Shown piece after piece: positions 14,983 to 25,652 of a stretch of 31,280 nt of DNA. How positions within the stretch are numbered: the first letter of the stretch is position 1; each line of letters begins with the position of its first letter. Location: positions 1 through 31,280 of the IMG/VR virus record IMGVR_UViG_3300030376_004920; one strand, given 5' to 3'. Source of the stretch: a virus (Duplodnaviria; Caudoviricetes). Under the pieces are notes generated by a model that saw only the letters and a program-made list of their open reading frames with translations, was not told the origin of the DNA and ran no database searches. The position numbers and the translations under genes were made by a program.

Positions 14983-17900
14983 TTATAAAGAAGAAAGCAC
15001 CGGAGTTAAATCTTTTAACTTAAAATCGCCTTGTATTAAATCTTCGAATCTTTCTGCTGTTGGGCCTAATGGAGATATCCAAAACTCATCTCCATATTTT
15101 TCCGCTTCTATCGCAGGTATCATTAAACCAAATGGACCTAAAGCTCCAGACCTGTCTAGTATTTCAAAGGAGTATTCAGGCCAGTCCATATCATTAGTTC
15201 TTAATTTTGAAGCGTCTCCACCACCAGCTAAATACTTTATCAACTCTCTAAGTTCTAATCCTATCATAGTCAAAGGTAATAAAGTCACTGCCCCTAAAAT
15301 TAAAGGAGCCGACATAGCAGTTAAGCCAGCCTCTTTACCACGTAATCTAGCTGTTCTGTATAAACCCATCATAATATTTTTACCATAAGCATAAAAGAAA
15401 GATTTAAGTTGCCAGATTAAAGCAAAATAAGGACTAGAAGCCCAAGCTGGTCTTTCTGCTGAATTAGGTCGTACAATAGATTCGTCTACAAACTGAGCAT
15501 GCGCTTTTTTAATTTCTGGGTGTAAATTAAAATCACCTCCGTCTTTCTGCCAAGCTTCTACTTGATCGGGAGTTACTCCTAAAGAACGTAATTGTTCCGC
15601 TAGGATGCTATCCCCTTCTCTTGCTCCTTCTGCGGCACGTATTAAAAATGATTGAGCCATACCAGCAGCATAATATCTAGTAAGACGGGTAAAAGCTTCT
15701 AGCCCAGTATACTTAAAGAATACATCTTGAATTTTTCTAGCAGTCGGCCCAACATAATTTTGTTCTGCAGCATTTATATAGAACTGATGAAGAGCACTTG
15801 CACTATTCACTCCAATATCTAAAGATAATTTTTCTAATCTTTTCCTGCCTTCTTTTGTAGAAAGGTCTCCTAAAACTTTAGGGAGGTCTTGTGTTAGGGC
15901 TCTATAATCACCAGAAAATAATATTGGTCCTGCTAAATCAGGGAAAGAAGCCAATGGTGCAAAAGTTAAATAAGTAACAACATTTAAGGTTAAGAAGAAA
16001 CTGTTTAAGCTTCTTGCAAAAGGACTCATAGTAGTGTCTGATTTACCCAACATGGACTTTAAGACATTCCTAGCTTCTCTTCTAATTTTAGGGTCTTTTA
16101 TTTCAGCTAACTGCGCTTCAATAGCTTTCCAACCAACTAGAGTGCCATTAGGTGTACCTTCTAGAGTGGCTTTCTCACTAAAACCAATTTCTCTTTCTAA
16201 AAGTACAGCTTTAGCTTCTGGACTAATATCACTAAGTTTGTATTTATAATTTTTATTGAACTCCACCCTCTTAACACTAGCGTCTATATATTCAAACATA
16301 CTAGTAACACTAGGAAGTAAAACTCCTATCTCTCTTAACTCAGCATTAGAAAGATTTTTAAAATACTGAGAACGTTCTCTATTGCTACCTACAGCAATAT
16401 CAGAAATCGCTTCATCGGTTCCTACCTCAAAATTATCTAAAGTAGCGTCGCTTTCCCCTGTTATCAGCTGCGCAACTACTTTATTAAAATCAAAAGTTGG
16501 TTCAGCCGCTTGTTCTGGGTTCGCTTTAGCTAAAAGGTCAGCTAGTGCTTTTTGTTTATTGGGGTCAGCCATTAACGCAGCTAAATCTAAAGCCCTAGGA
16601 AAATAATTTTCTCTAAATGGAATATTGTTTTCTCTTAAAACATCATTCCAAAATTTATTTAAAAAGTTTTCTACAGCTGTGACTGCTGTGGCTAATTCAC
16701 CAGCCTCACGATCTCTTGGATTTTTTTCTACCTCTAAAAATATAGTTTCCAAACGTTCCATTTCTGTAGCAGTAGGACGTAAAGGATCCTCTATACCTAA
16801 CTCAGGTAAACTTAACAATTCATTTATTTTTTCAGCACGTTCATTCGGGTGGCTGTTTACATAACCCCTACCTTGTTTTTTAGAGGCGATATAAGTTTGA
16901 TCTGCTAAATCCTGTATTACTTTTTTAGAAGTAGCATCAGAAGTTCTTTTCTGTTGTTGCACTAAATAATTGTGTGCAGGTAAGAAAATGTACTTAAGCC
17001 CCCACCAAGCTTTTTCTGCGATACTAGTGTTATCAAGAGTAGACATTGCTTGATCGACAGCTTTATTGAGTTTATTAATAGTTTTCTTACCACCTAACCA
17101 TTTACCTGCTTTTTCTGTTACTTCAAATATAGCATTTCTAACTTGTATCTCTGCCTTGGTGCCGGGACCATTATTTGGATTGGTTGCGTTATCTAAATAT
17201 TTTGTCCTGACTTGTTGCATAAAGTCATTAAACTCTGTAGTTACTCCTCGGCCATAACGTTTTTCTAAAGCTCCAGTCAAAGATTTGAAAAAGGTTTCCA
17301 TTCTTTTTACAACTCTATGGAAGAAACTAGATACAGCATCAGTAGCTTTTAAATTATTTAAACGCTGTACGGAAGCTAACCCAAACTGATCCGCAAAAAA
17401 CTCTTCAAAGCCATATTTACCTAAATAAGCAGCTGGTGCATCTCCAGCTTCTATAATTTTATTAAAGGCAGCTTCTAGCTTTTTAAATATAGGGGTATCT
17501 TTAATCCTTTCTATTTCTTGGAATAGAAAAGAGTGCCCAAACTCATGCCCTAAAGCAATGACTCTTCTTTCTACAGCTTGAGCAGTTGGGTTACCCCCAC
17601 TTAACTCATCTGCTTGGTAACTCTTTAAAATAATTACATCTTTATCCCCAAACTGTATGATACGAGCAAAGTTATTAGGATTAGTATCATTTTCTACTTC
17701 TTCTTGCTGCCTACGAATAAAAGCATTAATACCACCAATACCAGATATTTGGTTTGGTGATTTACCGTCGGTAGCGTTTGGTGTTGTGTAAGTGCCCTCT
17801 AAACCAATAGTTAAATCTGTTTCATTAGAAGCAATTACCACTGTATCCCTATTTAAACCAAGATTTTTTATTACGGCTTTCAGCCCTCTTATCAAGGTTG

Positions 17901-20900
17901 GCTCTTTTATAAATTCTCCTTCTCTCACGCGATCTTCAAAATTACCTTCAGCTTCTTCGTCAAACATTTGAGCTATGACGTTTGAAACTCTTACACCCCC
18001 TTCTACATCAACTCTCCTAGTTTCTTGATTTGCTAATTTTTGTTTTTCAACTTTATCTAAAGGTGCTTCTGCACGGCCCGGTCTACGTAATTCCATATCA
18101 GTAACCTTCCTTTGGAACGCTATCTCGTTGTCAGTAAGTTCAAAAGTAGTTCTGTTTAAAGGTAGTCCCTGCCTTAAAAACCCTTGTATTTGACCAATAG
18201 CAAACTCATTAGATCCTCCTACCCCGGGCATATTATTAAGAGCCTCTGCAGTATCTCTAGGGTTATCTGTATATACTCCAATTTCAGTAGCAAAGTCTTC
18301 TAGGTTAAAAAACGCTTCCTCAGGTTCAATAGCAAATCCCTCCATAACTGCAGCTTGCGGTGTTTCTCTTCCTAAAAAGTTTTCTAAATAGGTTTCAAAT
18401 TCTGCTTTTTTTAAAGTGTAGCCCTCGTTTGGACTAAACTTTCCTATAAATTCTTTTGCTGCTTCGGGGCCAATCATGGCTCTTAAAATATCACTGTAGC
18501 TATATTCAAACCTAGTAAAACCTTGCTTAACTCTTACTTGAGTATTTAAACCTTCTTCACTACTTAATCTTTCAGTCAAAACCGGGTCTTCTTGACCAGC
18601 TACATAATTAGTTTCACGTAAAGCTACTCTAAGTGGGTCATCTATAATATCGCCATTTTTTATGGTCACTTTTTTAGCCCCTTCCTCCGTTCCTAAAGTA
18701 ACAGTAACATCTGTTTTTAGATTTTTTACTCTATATAAAGGAGTTTCTACTGGATTAACATCAATTAGAGTTTTAGCTTTAGTACCGATACCCTGCGCTT
18801 TTAACTTAGGATCATCAAATGTAGGTCTGCCTTGTACTCCTTCTTGAAAAGAAGTTACAGCAAGAATCCTTCCCGCTAAAGTTAAAATACTTTCTCTAAT
18901 AGTTTTATCTGGGTCACTTGTTTGTTTAGATAACTCAGTAAGGCTGAGATATTTTTTATCAACAAAATCAAAATATATAGGTACTCGACTTAAAGCATTT
19001 CTATCGGAGCTAGCCATACCTGTTAAATTAAAAACTTCCCCTGTATTTTTATCTAAGTAATTAAGAGTTATATTGTTCCCTTCGTTATCTGTTAACTTAG
19101 AAAGGGTGTCATATATTTGCCCAAAACCTAAAGCTAATTGTTGCCTGTAAGTAAAATTATCTTTTGTTCCAGCGTCTACATCGGCAGACCATATTTTTAC
19201 TGCTTCTTGTAGCAGTTTATTCATATTTATAGGTTTTTGGTTTGTATTGTTATTTGTCTTATCCTCATTTTTAGCATTTGGAATGTCTAAAAACCATTTA
19301 AAATCTTTAGTGTCAGAACTAAAACCTGTGGTTTTATTATCATCTATAAAAGCTGATACCCTAGCTGCTCTTACAGCTTTTTTTACTGCTTCTTCTTCGG
19401 TAGCTACTACTCCACTGCCAACTCCTGGTTGTGCTTGAATTCTAAGACGAACTTTATTATCTGCACCTAACTCAAACTGAATATCTACATTAGGATTTCT
19501 TTCTATAAATTTAAGGTATTTATCTAAAGGCCCGTCCCCTAACTGATTAATAAAGGCTAAGTCAGGTCTTAACTCAGCACCTTCATCTATGGTTGAACCT
19601 GTCGGTAATTCTTGTCCAAAGACTGTACGAGTACCTTCAAAATCCTTACCTTCTATATCTGCAATGACTTTATTTCTTTTTTCTCTTAACTTTGCACGTT
19701 GTTCAGGACCATAGTTAGCTTCAGTTTCAGGGTCAATAAGATTAAAAGTATCGGGGTCTCCAATAACCTTACCATACCTGTTTTTTTGTCCTTTTTGTTT
19801 ACCTTTCTCTGGCCCCACTAATATATAACTAGTGCCACCCTCCGCAGTAGATAAATCAAAAGCTTCTTCTATACCAAGCTCTTGACCAAACTCATCTATC
19901 CTACCCTCAGCTGTAAACTGAGCTCTTTCAACATCATCTAAATCTTCATCTATAGTTCCGCCTTCTTGTCTTACGTTTATACCGGACGTTTTGGCATTTC
20001 TTCTTTTTTGGTATGTAATTGCATTTAAATCTCTTTGAATCAGTTGTAGTAAACCCTCTTTATTCATAGTTGTCGGATCGTTTCTAATCTCTATTTGCTT
20101 TTCCTTTAAACGTGCTTCAAGCTCGTCCAATAGAGCGGGACTCATCTGGCCTACCGCATCTCCTCTGTTAATAAGATATTGAAGGGTATACTCTGGGCTA
20201 TTTACGTTTTCAAGCATAGCGCTAGGCCCCATCCCCATAATAACTTCTTTACCACTCTCATCTATTACTTTCACATTTCCACTCTCTGGTGACACAGCAG
20301 TAACGGTAGTTTTGTAAGGTTTACCAGTTGCATCAAATACATCTATTTGATCTCCAACTTTTACGTTAGGGGGTATTTCAAATTTAGCAGGTTGTTGATC
20401 TGGACTAGGCGCAGCTTCTTCTGTAGGTTGTTGCTCTGGTCTAGGCGCAGTTTCTTCTGATACGTCTTCTATAGCATTTTTACTTTTTTTATTCTTTACA
20501 GCATCATCTAGTATTTCTGTTTCGATAATTACATCTTCGCCATATCTTTCCCTAAAGTTACGAATTGCAAGTTCTTGCCCCTCTGTATCAGTAGTTTGTT
20601 GTTCAATAACCTCTCCAGTACTAGGGTCTATTACAATAACTACAAGATCATCTGTAGCTGTACCGACATTTGAATAACCTAAAAAGTCTGCTAAAAACGC
20701 ATTATTAAGGAGGTTATTTTCTGCTTGAGCAATTAATAGTTTAGAAAACTTATCTGGATTGTTAGTAATAAATGTACCAATACCCGGAACTGTTATAGAG
20801 TCAGCGTCTGTTATACCCGCTTCTTTTAACATATCTTTAGAAAACTCCATACCCTCTGATACGTAGATAGCGTCTTTCTTACCCTCTTTAAATTGTTGTA

Positions 20901-22194
20901 TTTGTGCCTCTAATTGTTTTTTAGTTTCTGGTATAGGCATACCTGATACCGGCCCATATTGTTCTTCTCTTAACTTTGCATACTCACGATTATCGCGATT
21001 CTCTTGTAGTTGTTTCCTTGCAGTATTGAAGATACTAGAAACAGGAGCAGATACTGCTGCTCTTGCACCACCAGCAAAGAAACCAGCAAAAGCCGATTCG
21101 GCTCTACGTAGATTAGCTTCTTCATTAGAATAATTAGGGTCTATAGATTTTCTTTGTTGGATTAAAATTTCTTCTTGGCCTAGTTCTGTAATACCTTCGG
21201 CCGTAGCAGAAGCGGCTGTAGCATTCGCTACATCTTTCATTAAATTACCAAAATAGCTTCCCGGATTTATAGCTGCCCTATATAAATCATCTTCGGCTTT
21301 AGTTAAAAACTGGCCCCTAGCCCTCTTATCAGCTATGTCTAGCAATTTTTGTTCTTGAGAATCTAATTTTTTACCCAACTTTTGTTTTTGTTGAGCCATA
21401 CCTAAAGGTGATTTTCGATAAGCTAATCTAAATAACGAAGTTGCAAATACTGCTTCTGATAAAGTACCTAACACTGCTTGAGGTACTCCTAACAAAGTAG
21501 CCGAAGCTGCTTCATCTACAGTTATCTCTCTACCTGAGTCTTGAAACTCTGCAAGAGCCTGCGAAGAACCTATTAATTGTTCTTGTGAAAAAGCACCAAC
21601 TAAAGCACCACCTTTTGCAAATTTACCTACATTATAGGCACCATTTAAAATTATGTTTTCTTCTGGGGTTAGAGTTTGCTGTAAACTTTTCTTTTTTAAT
21701 GCTCCTGTAAAAAGCTCTCTCGTAGCAGCTCTTGAGGCACTAGTAAGGGCACCTCTACCAACTATACCTGCAGCAGCTCCAGTAAAACCAGAGGCAACAG
21801 AGGTGATTGCTAAAGGAGCAAACTGTCCAATACTTTTAAAAACTTGTTGAGTAAAACCTTCTAAAGTAGGTTCTTCTAGAAATGATTCAAAATCTCTAAA
21901 ACCTTCTAAAACTCTCCCTGCCTCTTGGTCATCAAACTCAGCTCTTTGCAGATTTCTTTTAGCCGCTTCTTCATTGCCAATAAATAAATTACCTATTGCC
22001 TTTACTCTATTAAGGTCTCCTTCTAATTGGTCTACTCCTACGTCAAAACCAGCAGAAAAAACTTCTCCAATGGTAGTTGGAGCCATTTGTGGATTACGGA
22101 CAGTAGGGGCTATTTTTTCCTTTAGAATTGGACTTGCAGAGGCGGTAGTTTCTCGGTTTTTTGCTTCCGAAATAAAGAAATCGGTTATGGACAT
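14983..22194 (-). CDS. Giant internal virion/DNA-ejection protein (2403 aa) with a zincin-like motif
   Basis: Last of a block of internal-protein genes. N-terminal Gly/Ala-rich hydrophobic helices and EG.TE..QE motif, HEFGH...EEFFAD, and a C-terminal QLKSF.Y region with a hydrophobic tail. Confidence 0.75.
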   Translation of the reverse strand: MSITDFFISEAKNRETTASASPILKEKIAPTVRNPQMAPTTIGEVFSAGFDVGVDQLEGDLNRVKAIGNLFIGNEEAAKRNLQRAEFDDQEAGRVLEGFRDFESFLEEPTLEGFTQQVFKSIGQFAPLAITSVASGFTGAAAGIVGRGALTSASRAATRELFTGALKKKSLQQTLTPEENIILNGAYNVGKFAKGGALVGAFSQEQLIGSSQALAEFQDSGREITVDEAASATLLGVPQAVLGTLSEAVFATSLFRLAYRKSPLGMAQQKQKLGKKLDSQEQKLLDIADKRARGQFLTKAEDDLYRAAINPGSYFGNLMKDVANATAASATAEGITELGQEEILIQQRKSIDPNYSNEEANLRRAESAFAGFFAGGARAAVSAPVSSIFNTARKQLQENRDNREYAKLREEQYGPVSGMPIPETKKQLEAQIQQFKEGKKDAIYVSEGMEFSKDMLKEAGITDADSITVPGIGTFITNNPDKFSKLLIAQAENNLLNNAFLADFLGYSNVGTATDDLVVIVIDPSTGEVIEQQTTDTEGQELAIRNFRERYGEDVIIETEILDDAVKNKKSKNAIEDVSEETAPRPEQQPTEEAAPSPDQQPAKFEIPPNVKVGDQIDVFDATGKPYKTTVTAVSPESGNVKVIDESGKEVIMGMGPSAMLENVNSPEYTLQYLINRGDAVGQMSPALLDELEARLKEKQIEIRNDPTTMNKEGLLQLIQRDLNAITYQKRRNAKTSGINVRQEGGTIDEDLDDVERAQFTAEGRIDEFGQELGIEEAFDLSTAEGGTSYILVGPEKGKQKGQKNRYGKVIGDPDTFNLIDPETEANYGPEQRAKLREKRNKVIADIEGKDFEGTRTVFGQELPTGSTIDEGAELRPDLAFINQLGDGPLDKYLKFIERNPNVDIQFELGADNKVRLRIQAQPGVGSGVVATEEEAVKKAVRAARVSAFIDDNKTTGFSSDTKDFKWFLDIPNAKNEDKTNNNTNQKPINMNKLLQEAVKIWSADVDAGTKDNFTYRQQLALGFGQIYDTLSKLTDNEGNNITLNYLDKNTGEVFNLTGMASSDRNALSRVPIYFDFVDKKYLSLTELSKQTSDPDKTIRESILTLAGRILAVTSFQEGVQGRPTFDDPKLKAQGIGTKAKTLIDVNPVETPLYRVKNLKTDVTVTLGTEEGAKKVTIKNGDIIDDPLRVALRETNYVAGQEDPVLTERLSSEEGLNTQVRVKQGFTRFEYSYSDILRAMIGPEAAKEFIGKFSPNEGYTLKKAEFETYLENFLGRETPQAAVMEGFAIEPEEAFFNLEDFATEIGVYTDNPRDTAEALNNMPGVGGSNEFAIGQIQGFLRQGLPLNRTTFELTDNEIAFQRKVTDMELRRPGRAEAPLDKVEKQKLANQETRRVDVEGGVRVSNVIAQMFDEEAEGNFEDRVREGEFIKEPTLIRGLKAVIKNLGLNRDTVVIASNETDLTIGLEGTYTTPNATDGKSPNQISGIGGINAFIRRQQEEVENDTNPNNFARIIQFGDKDVIILKSYQADELSGGNPTAQAVERRVIALGHEFGHSFLFQEIERIKDTPIFKKLEAAFNKIIEAGDAPAAYLGKYGFEEFFADQFGLASVQRLNNLKATDAVSSFFHRVVKRMETFFKSLTGALEKRYGRGVTTEFNDFMQQVRTKYLDNATNPNNGPGTKAEIQVRNAIFEVTEKAGKWLGGKKTINKLNKAVDQAMSTLDNTSIAEKAWWGLKYIFLPAHNYLVQQQKRTSDATSKKVIQDLADQTYIASKKQGRGYVNSHPNERAEKINELLSLPELGIEDPLRPTATEMERLETIFLEVEKNPRDREAGELATAVTAVENFLNKFWNDVLRENNIPFRENYFPRALDLAALMADPNKQKALADLLAKANPEQAAEPTFDFNKVVAQLITGESDATLDNFEVGTDEAISDIAVGSNRERSQYFKNLSNAELREIGVLLPSVTSMFEYIDASVKRVEFNKNYKYKLSDISPEAKAVLLEREIGFSEKATLEGTPNGTLVGWKAIEAQLAEIKDPKIRREARNVLKSMLGKSDTTMSPFARSLNSFFLTLNVVTYLTFAPLASFPDLAGPILFSGDYRALTQDLPKVLGDLSTKEGRKRLEKLSLDIGVNSASALHQFYINAAEQNYVGPTARKIQDVFFKYTGLEAFTRLTRYYAAGMAQSFLIRAAEGAREGDSILAEQLRSLGVTPDQVEAWQKDGGDFNLHPEIKKAHAQFVDESIVRPNSAERPAWASSPYFALIWQLKSFFYAYGKNIMMGLYRTARLRGKEAGLTAMSAPLILGAVTLLPLTMIGLELRELIKYLAGGGDASKLRTNDMDWPEYSFEILDRSGALGPFGLMIPAIEAEKYGDEFWISPLGPTAERFEDLIQGDFKLKDLTPVLSSL

Positions 22195-22196
22195 TA

Positions 22197-24299
22197 TTAA
22201 TTACCTAATCGGCTTCCGGTGACCATAGCAGAAGGTATTAAACTAAGAAGCGCCATTTCACCGAGCTGGGAAATATCAACTTGAGTTATAGTTGCACCTT
22301 TTTGAGAGCCACGAGCATTTACTAACTCTATACCCTCTACGCTAGCTTCACCTGATAATATTTGTCTTTTTAAGGCTAAACCCGTTTGGTCATTTTTTAT
22401 AATTACTACATCGCCGTTTTTATCTCTAACTTTCATTAAAATTCTTGCAGTTTTAGGATCTAAAGGCCCTGTAGTAGGAGAGCCTCTCCATATTTGAGCT
22501 AACGTACCTCCAATACCATCGACGGCTTTCCCTTTAAGAAATGTAGTATAAGCATCTTGAAGTACATCATCTGCTGCTTCTATTTTATCTATAGTGTTAG
22601 CGTCTGTACCAAGATAGGAAACATATAAATTAAATTTTTGATAAAACTCTGGATCTTGAATTAAATTTTCAGAAGCATTTGCACTAAGCAGTGCTGAATT
22701 AGAAAAATACTTTTGGGAGTCCCTAAAAATAGAATTATCTAAAAATTGTTGAACAGTACCGAACTGGTCTTTCTCGCTTGCCTTTTTATTTAATTGAGCT
22801 TTATAGAGGTCTAACTCAGTAGGCATCATACCAGTTGATAATAAAGAATTCATAGAAGCCCAAAAGTTAGGATTATCTAACATATCTGGAGCCACTCTAT
22901 TTATTGTAGCAAAATATATATTAGCTCTAGCCTGTTTATCAAAACCAGAAAAATCAGCTACTCCTTCTACTCGACTTCTTTCCTGAGCATTTCTAATTAT
23001 AGTAGTTAAATCTGTTTCAGGTATTTCTTTATTCTTAGATTTAGCCACATCCTCGCTTGTTGTGGAAAGCAATTGTTTATCTTTTGCTATCTTATCTTCT
23101 ATCTCTTGTCGTTGTGTATCTGATAACCTTTTATCTCTTAAAAGTAGTTCTCCTTTTTTTATCCCGGCTTTAACATCTTTAATAGTATTTAATTTTTCAC
23201 CTTTTGCATAATTAGTTGCAGCTACCATATCCCCTTCTAACTGCTCTATTTGATATCTTATGACTCTATTACCCCTTTTTATACCCTCTTTTGTCCCATC
23301 ATCACTAAATTGTGCTAAAAGATTTTTAACTTGGTCTCTAGAAGATTTGTATCTACTACCAATAACACCTGGCAACAGATCTTCAACTTCAGTATCATCT
23401 AAATACCTAATATCTCCAGATTTTATATCTTCTTCTGACATGGGTTTTGTATCAATACCTATGCCTACTAATTGGTCTGCTTGCTCTTGTAAAGTCCCCC
23501 TTAACGTGCCTTCAATGACTCTCCTGTTCTTACCACTAGCTTGACCTTCAGGGTTAAAAGTTCCCGGCCCTCCTAATTGAGAACCGTCGCCCAACTCTTG
23601 ATCCTCAAAAAGTTTTAGTACATATGGGTCTTTTTTCAGTTCTTCTAACTCTACTTCCGTAGGTTCGTAGTTAATATTTGAAAGAATTTTATTTACTAGT
23701 GGAGACCTTTGGTTTCTTCGGCCTGCCCCAGTATTGGCAAAAGTAAAAGAAGAATCTCCAACGCCCCCCACTAAATTAGTCTGGTAGGTTCTTAAAGCAC
23801 TATCAAATTGTGGGGTACCAATTTCTTGTATAGTGCCCCCTAAAGCGTATGGTTTGCCACCTTCGGTAACTGGTACCTGTTTTACCCCATCAGAAGTTCT
23901 AGACATCAAATCTAGACCGACTGTTTTCTTAAGGTTGTCATAGCCAAAGCCTGCTAAAGCAACTTGGTTATTACCACTAGCCCCTGCAGGAAACAGAGTA
24001 TCGTTTAAACCTGCTACTACATCAAAACTATTATCTAAAGTTTGTAATTCTGAGAGAATCTCTGTATCAAGAAACTCATTTTTTCCTAAAACATAGTCTT
24101 TTAATTTATTTGAAGCTGTACCATTTTCTATAAACTGTTGCCCCCTACTTCTGACATCAAATTGAAAATTCTTCATTCTATCTGCAGCGGCATTTCTAGT
24201 TTCTTCATCTACTTGACGATTAAACTCTGCCCCAACTATAGCGTCTGATGCGTTTCTATAACGCCCTTCTTTTAATGCTTCAATTAATGTTTTTGCCAT
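22197..24299 (-). CDS. Internal virion/ejection protein (700 aa)
   Basis: Position between the small ejection-like genes and the giant protein. No Cys, largely helical. No recognised family. Confidence 0.6.
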   Translation of the reverse strand: MAKTLIEALKEGRYRNASDAIVGAEFNRQVDEETRNAAADRMKNFQFDVRSRGQQFIENGTASNKLKDYVLGKNEFLDTEILSELQTLDNSFDVVAGLNDTLFPAGASGNNQVALAGFGYDNLKKTVGLDLMSRTSDGVKQVPVTEGGKPYALGGTIQEIGTPQFDSALRTYQTNLVGGVGDSSFTFANTGAGRRNQRSPLVNKILSNINYEPTEVELEELKKDPYVLKLFEDQELGDGSQLGGPGTFNPEGQASGKNRRVIEGTLRGTLQEQADQLVGIGIDTKPMSEEDIKSGDIRYLDDTEVEDLLPGVIGSRYKSSRDQVKNLLAQFSDDGTKEGIKRGNRVIRYQIEQLEGDMVAATNYAKGEKLNTIKDVKAGIKKGELLLRDKRLSDTQRQEIEDKIAKDKQLLSTTSEDVAKSKNKEIPETDLTTIIRNAQERSRVEGVADFSGFDKQARANIYFATINRVAPDMLDNPNFWASMNSLLSTGMMPTELDLYKAQLNKKASEKDQFGTVQQFLDNSIFRDSQKYFSNSALLSANASENLIQDPEFYQKFNLYVSYLGTDANTIDKIEAADDVLQDAYTTFLKGKAVDGIGGTLAQIWRGSPTTGPLDPKTARILMKVRDKNGDVVIIKNDQTGLALKRQILSGEASVEGIELVNARGSQKGATITQVDISQLGEMALLSLIPSAMVTGSRLGN

Positions 24300-24300
24300 C

Positions 24301-25008
24301 TTAAATCATTCCAAATAATGAGCCGATAAATCCATAACGCTGCGCTTTCGATTGTGCTCTTGCAGCTGTATAGGCATTATCTCTCTGAGTTTTTAAATTA
24401 GCAGCATTACCTAAACTAGAAAGATTAGATCTATTTATGCCGCCTGCAAAATCTACTAACTGGTTTAGTTGTTGACGATTTATCGCATCCTGTTCCAGTC
24501 TTGCATTATTTAAACCCCCAGCTAAATTTAAAGCACCCCCTCTCTGTACTGCTCTTGCTTGTTCATTTGCTAAAGCTTGAGACCGCTCAAACCCAAATCT
24601 TTCTCTATCTCTTCTAGCAACGCCTGCGGCAATCTCTTGTTGTTGTTCTACATCTTGGGGAATTTGATCTACTAGTTCTGTGCTATCTAATCTATTTAAG
24701 AGTTCTCTTTCAAAAGGTCGTACAGCCCCAATGACAAACTCTTTTTGTCTTTTTGAAACATCTGCAAATGTTTTATCTGGGTCGGTGACTTGAGGTAAGT
24801 TATCAGCATTATAAGTTCCGGGCCTGTAATTAAAAGTACCTATATTAGTGCTATTTCTATTATTTGCAGTAGGTACTGCAGTAGTAGGCATAGTAAAACC
24901 GCCCCCATAGTTAGGAGTAGGCAAAGAAGCTAAATTAACTCCACTAAGCCCACTAATCCCAGCAATACTCTGTGAAATTGCTTTACCAATATTAGGAAAA
25001 AACATCAT
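24301..25008 (-). CDS. Internal virion protein (235 aa)
   Basis: Gln/Ala/Asn-rich helical sequence with a short hydrophobic C-terminus (GFIGSLFGMI). Confidence 0.6.
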   Translation of the reverse strand: MMFFPNIGKAISQSIAGISGLSGVNLASLPTPNYGGGFTMPTTAVPTANNRNSTNIGTFNYRPGTYNADNLPQVTDPDKTFADVSKRQKEFVIGAVRPFERELLNRLDSTELVDQIPQDVEQQQEIAAGVARRDRERFGFERSQALANEQARAVQRGGALNLAGGLNNARLEQDAINRQQLNQLVDFAGGINRSNLSSLGNAANLKTQRDNAYTAARAQSKAQRYGFIGSLFGMI

Positions 25009-25010
25009 AA

Positions 25011-25652
25011 TTAATACTCGAAAGGTTTAAAGTTAGTCATATCAGGTTTTATACCAAAAAATCCAGTAGGTGCTGTACCTAACTTACCTGTCTCTGGATT
25101 TATAGCAGTAGTTTGCCCTTTAAAGAAACTACCCCCAGACGCTATATTACCTAAACCCATACTCAAACCTGCTTTTGCTGCTTGGAACATAGCATTGTTT
25201 CTTGCCATTCTTACTTGTTGTTGAGCTTGAGCTTCAGCTAATCCTCTAGAAGCAGCTTGTCTACTTGCGGTGGCTAAACCACTTGAAGCAGCAGAACCAA
25301 GACCTAAACTTTGTGATAAAGCATTCATTTGGTCGCCTTGAGAAGCTTTTGCTGCTTGAGTAGTACTACGAGCAATATTACTCACAGCCCCCATAGCTCT
25401 ATCTGCAGCATCCGATACTCCACTTACTACACCAAGCTTTGGTCCTAAACCGGTAAGAGCTTGCATGGTATCAGCTTGCGCTCTACCACGAAAAGTAGGT
25501 GCGAGTTTTTGTTCAGCAGCCCTTTGCATTTGTTTTATAAACAAAGGTTGATAAGTGTTTTCAAAATACCTTTGTTCCTCTGCAGCTATAGCCGCTTGAG
25601 TTTTTTCAGTTTCGCTCGGTGCGTACTCTTGCGCTTTTGGTTTACTACCCAT
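25011..25652 (-). CDS. Internal virion protein (213 aa)
   Basis: MGSKPK N-terminus and Ala/Gln/Gly-rich sequence typical of the first podovirus ejection protein. Confidence 0.6.
   Translation of the reverse strand: MGSKPKAQEYAPSETEKTQAAIAAEEQRYFENTYQPLFIKQMQRAAEQKLAPTFRGRAQADTMQALTGLGPKLGVVSGVSDAADRAMGAVSNIARSTTQAAKASQGDQMNALSQSLGLGSAASSGLATASRQAASRGLAEAQAQQQVRMARNNAMFQAAKAGLSMGLGNIASGGSFFKGQTTAINPETGKLGTAPTGFFGIKPDMTNFKPFEY

Noticed and set aside
14983-22194. Giant ORF as an N4-like virion RNA polymerase
   Set aside because: I found no recognisable polymerase catalytic motifs. Position and composition fit an ejection protein, and the N4-gp56-type capsid family is not limited to N4-like phages.
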